The notes beneath the pieces were generated by a model that saw nothing but the letters and a program-made list of their open reading frames with translations, ran no database searches and was not told where the DNA came from. A DNA stretch of 64,000 bases, taken from positions 64,001-128,000 of the IMG/VR virus record IMGVR_UViG_3300037541_000804; one strand, 5' to 3'. The translations under genes were made by a program, and so were the position numbers. This stretch comes from a virus. Each line of letters opens with the position of its first letter. The first letter of the stretch is position 1. Shown piece by piece: positions 61,918 through 64,000 of the stretch.

Positions 61918-62808
61918 TTATTTTGCGGCCAATTCTCTAATTTTGAAGATGGCGTGACATTTTCCCTTTAACTCGGTTTCAAATAATACTTCCCGCCCAT
62001 AATTTTTTGGAAACGAAACTGGCAAGTCTGCATGTTTGCGCGTGCCGTTCACGCCCTCGCTGTAATGGAAAATTGGTTCAACGGGCCAAGTGTCGTAGGC
62101 CAAATCAAATGCTTCTTGGTCGCTCAACCCATCTGACAACAAAGAATGATGCAATGTATCAAAAGTAATTGGAATACCGCGAAAATACTCCACAAGATTT
62201 TTGACACTCCAAACACCGTTGGCGTTGTCGTTGTTTTCTAGGACAAGACGATTGCGAACATTGTCTGGTAGGCTGTCGTAAACTTCCCAAACACGATTAG
62301 CAATTTTAACAGGATCACCTTCGGCGCGGACATGCACGTTTAACGGCGAACGATAATCGTTTGGTAAGTCTAATAGGTCAAAGATTTCGGCGTGTTGTTG
62401 TAGATCAAGGATGCTGTTATTAATACACTCAGGATCGTGACTAGAAAGCGTGATATACTCGCTAGGATGAGCGGAAAGACGCAAAGGAGATTCGGCCAAA
62501 GATGCCTTGATTTGCTCGCAAACATTTTTGATTGCGTCGAAATTGGGCAAGTCGCTAATGCGCAGATTAACATTTTTATGCGTCAAGATTGGCGCGAGGC
62601 TACTAGACAGCCGATAACCTTGGATGTTGTTAAGCTGACAAAAGCGAATGGTCCGCAAAGTGTTTTTGAAATTGTGGAGAATGCGCTCGGAAAGTTCGGT
62701 CAACGATTCAGAGAATGGCCGCTTGCAAAACTGCGTGTAGGTCATTGTTTTGAAGAGATGGCCGTTGTCAGAGAGGGTTTTGGAGATGCAGCAGAGGGAG
62801 AGTTTCAT
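61918..62808 (-). CDS. uvsE: UV-damage endonuclease (UVDE)
   Basis: YRLSS..P, RLSAHP, VH, LVLENND, FDTLHH, FHYSE...HAD, ELKGK. Confidence 0.9.
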   Translation of the reverse strand: MKLSLCCISKTLSDNGHLFKTMTYTQFCKRPFSESLTELSERILHNFKNTLRTIRFCQLNNIQGYRLSSSLAPILTHKNVNLRISDLPNFDAIKNVCEQIKASLAESPLRLSAHPSEYITLSSHDPECINNSILDLQQHAEIFDLLDLPNDYRSPLNVHVRAEGDPVKIANRVWEVYDSLPDNVRNRLVLENNDNANGVWSVKNLVEYFRGIPITFDTLHHSLLSDGLSDQEAFDLAYDTWPVEPIFHYSEGVNGTRKHADLPVSFPKNYGREVLFETELKGKCHAIFKIRELAAK

Positions 62809-64000
62809 GGCTCACTTTAACCTCGCGCTTCCAATTTGTCAATAACCTATTTCTTCATGTTTCTTTTTACCGTCCAAGTAGTAATGGAGATACTCATCCT
62901 CATCTATTTTTACTACAAAACTATGAGCGCGATTTGAAAGCAAATCTTTTGTTTCTCCGTCTCTAGGGGGATAATTCCAATCTACTTCGCCGTCATATTT
63001 TTCAAATTCTTCATCAGAAATAGTTCCAGTTCCAATCCTCCATTGCTCCCACAAATCATTGAGAAATTTTCCATTGCCGCAAGAAATTTCTATTCCGAAT
63101 TTATTTTCAACACCCTCAACGCTATTGCAAAAATCAACTAACTCATTAATTTCCTCAGAATAATCATGTTCGGGCGAGAATTTTATTCTTAGATCAAGAA
63201 TTTTTTGCATGTCAAAGTTCCTCCAATTCCAAGTCTGACAAGTCGTTAAAATCGTCAGGTTGTTGGTCTTTATCGTAACAAGCCAAAAGACAGCCAATAG
63301 ATGATCGAAGCTGGTTTGTCAATTTAATTACCTCCTCTTCGTCCACGCTGACGCTATTTAATTCTTTAGCTAGTTGATTGAAATCAAATGCAATATTTTG
63401 GCGCAGGCCGTCAAATGATACTTTCATATTATTTTGCCAATTTCAAGTCTTTTAAAATATTCTCAACTGTCAATGCGGCCCTAAGATAGCCTTCTGATTC
63501 CACTTGATTAATGCTTAAAAGAAAATGTTCTTGGAGTTCTTCTTTTGAATTTTTGGCGTTGCTAATGAGAGATTTAAGTTCGGAAACAAGAGTTTCCAAA
63601 GTTTCGTGCTCCTTATTGTGACGCCAGAGACATTCTTCCGTATGTTTTTCAACAATATATTGAAGCTCTTTGGCGAGGTCTTTAATCAGTGGTTTGGCGG
63701 TTTTCATGTGTTTAAAAATCTTGCCTTAGCGTATTCCCATTGACTTTGGCTAAAATATGGCGCAGAACCGCTTTCAGGGCGTGGAGTATTTTTAATATGT
63801 TTTACCAATTCATCATATTTGGCGCAAACGTGCATCAACAATAATTCTGCCGAATATTCGGCACTATGAATTTGACTAGCGATTTCTTCGATAGCTAAAA
63901 GTTTTTGCGGTTTATGTGGATAGTTAATCATCAGTTTTTGTTCCAATTAGTTCTTCCTCCGACACTCTCAACAAGTCAAAGTCGTCCACTTCTGGCAGAT

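Larger units (their letters stand above)
48700..64000 (-). other. Continuation of the minus-strand small-gene array
   Basis: Dense co-oriented short ORFs, interrupted by TnpB copy 2 and the plus-strand gene at 55267. Confidence 0.7.

Noticed and set aside
1-64000. CRISPR array or cas genes
   Set aside because: No regularly spaced 25-45 bp repeats were seen. The RuvC proteins have IS605 ends and are TnpB, not Cas12.
1-64000. Stop-codon reassignment
   Set aside because: Long core genes are intact under the standard code, and TAA, TAG and TGA all end plausible genes.
1-64000. Reverse transcriptase systems (DGR/retron), integrase, rRNA
   Set aside because: No YxDD reverse-transcriptase, recombinase or rRNA signatures were seen in the window.

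Overview
This window is 64 kb of a large dsDNA tailed-phage (Caudoviricetes-like) genome, about 40% GC by eye, using the standard genetic code. 1-19.4 kb is a mostly minus-strand late/morphogenesis region: tail-fibre-like gene, BppU-like protein, major capsid, decoration, protease/scaffold, portal, terminase, ERCC4 nuclease, a phage sigma factor, a PAS protein and PhoH. It also holds free-standing GIY-YIG/HNH endonucleases and an inverted island (AEP-like gene; DUF6847-like gene plus candidate ncRNA). 19.4-27.1 kb is a plus-strand accessory block (HD nuclease, N6A/N4C methyltransferase, deaminase, mini GGQ protein, phosphatase). 27.1-27.8 kb is a non-coding strand-switch zone. 27.8-64 kb is a minus-strand array of small, probably early, genes, many with their own sigma70-type promoter a few nt from the ATG. 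It includes DUF932, an ArdA-like protein, a small alarmone hydrolase, a GH73-like hydrolase, RuvB and UvsE, two IS605-type TnpB-only elements and a cluster of unusual tRNA-like/structured RNAs. The strongest unexplained signals are: (i) a structured, repeat-containing ~180-nt RNA directly after the DUF6847-like gene; (ii) the tRNA-like/CCA-ended RNA cluster at 51.2-52.9 kb; (iii) a GTGTAAT late-promoter motif shared by structural genes and both TnpBs; (iv) about 80 copies of TTGGCCG/CGGCCAA where about 4 are expected. All calls are by eye from motifs; no database searches were run.
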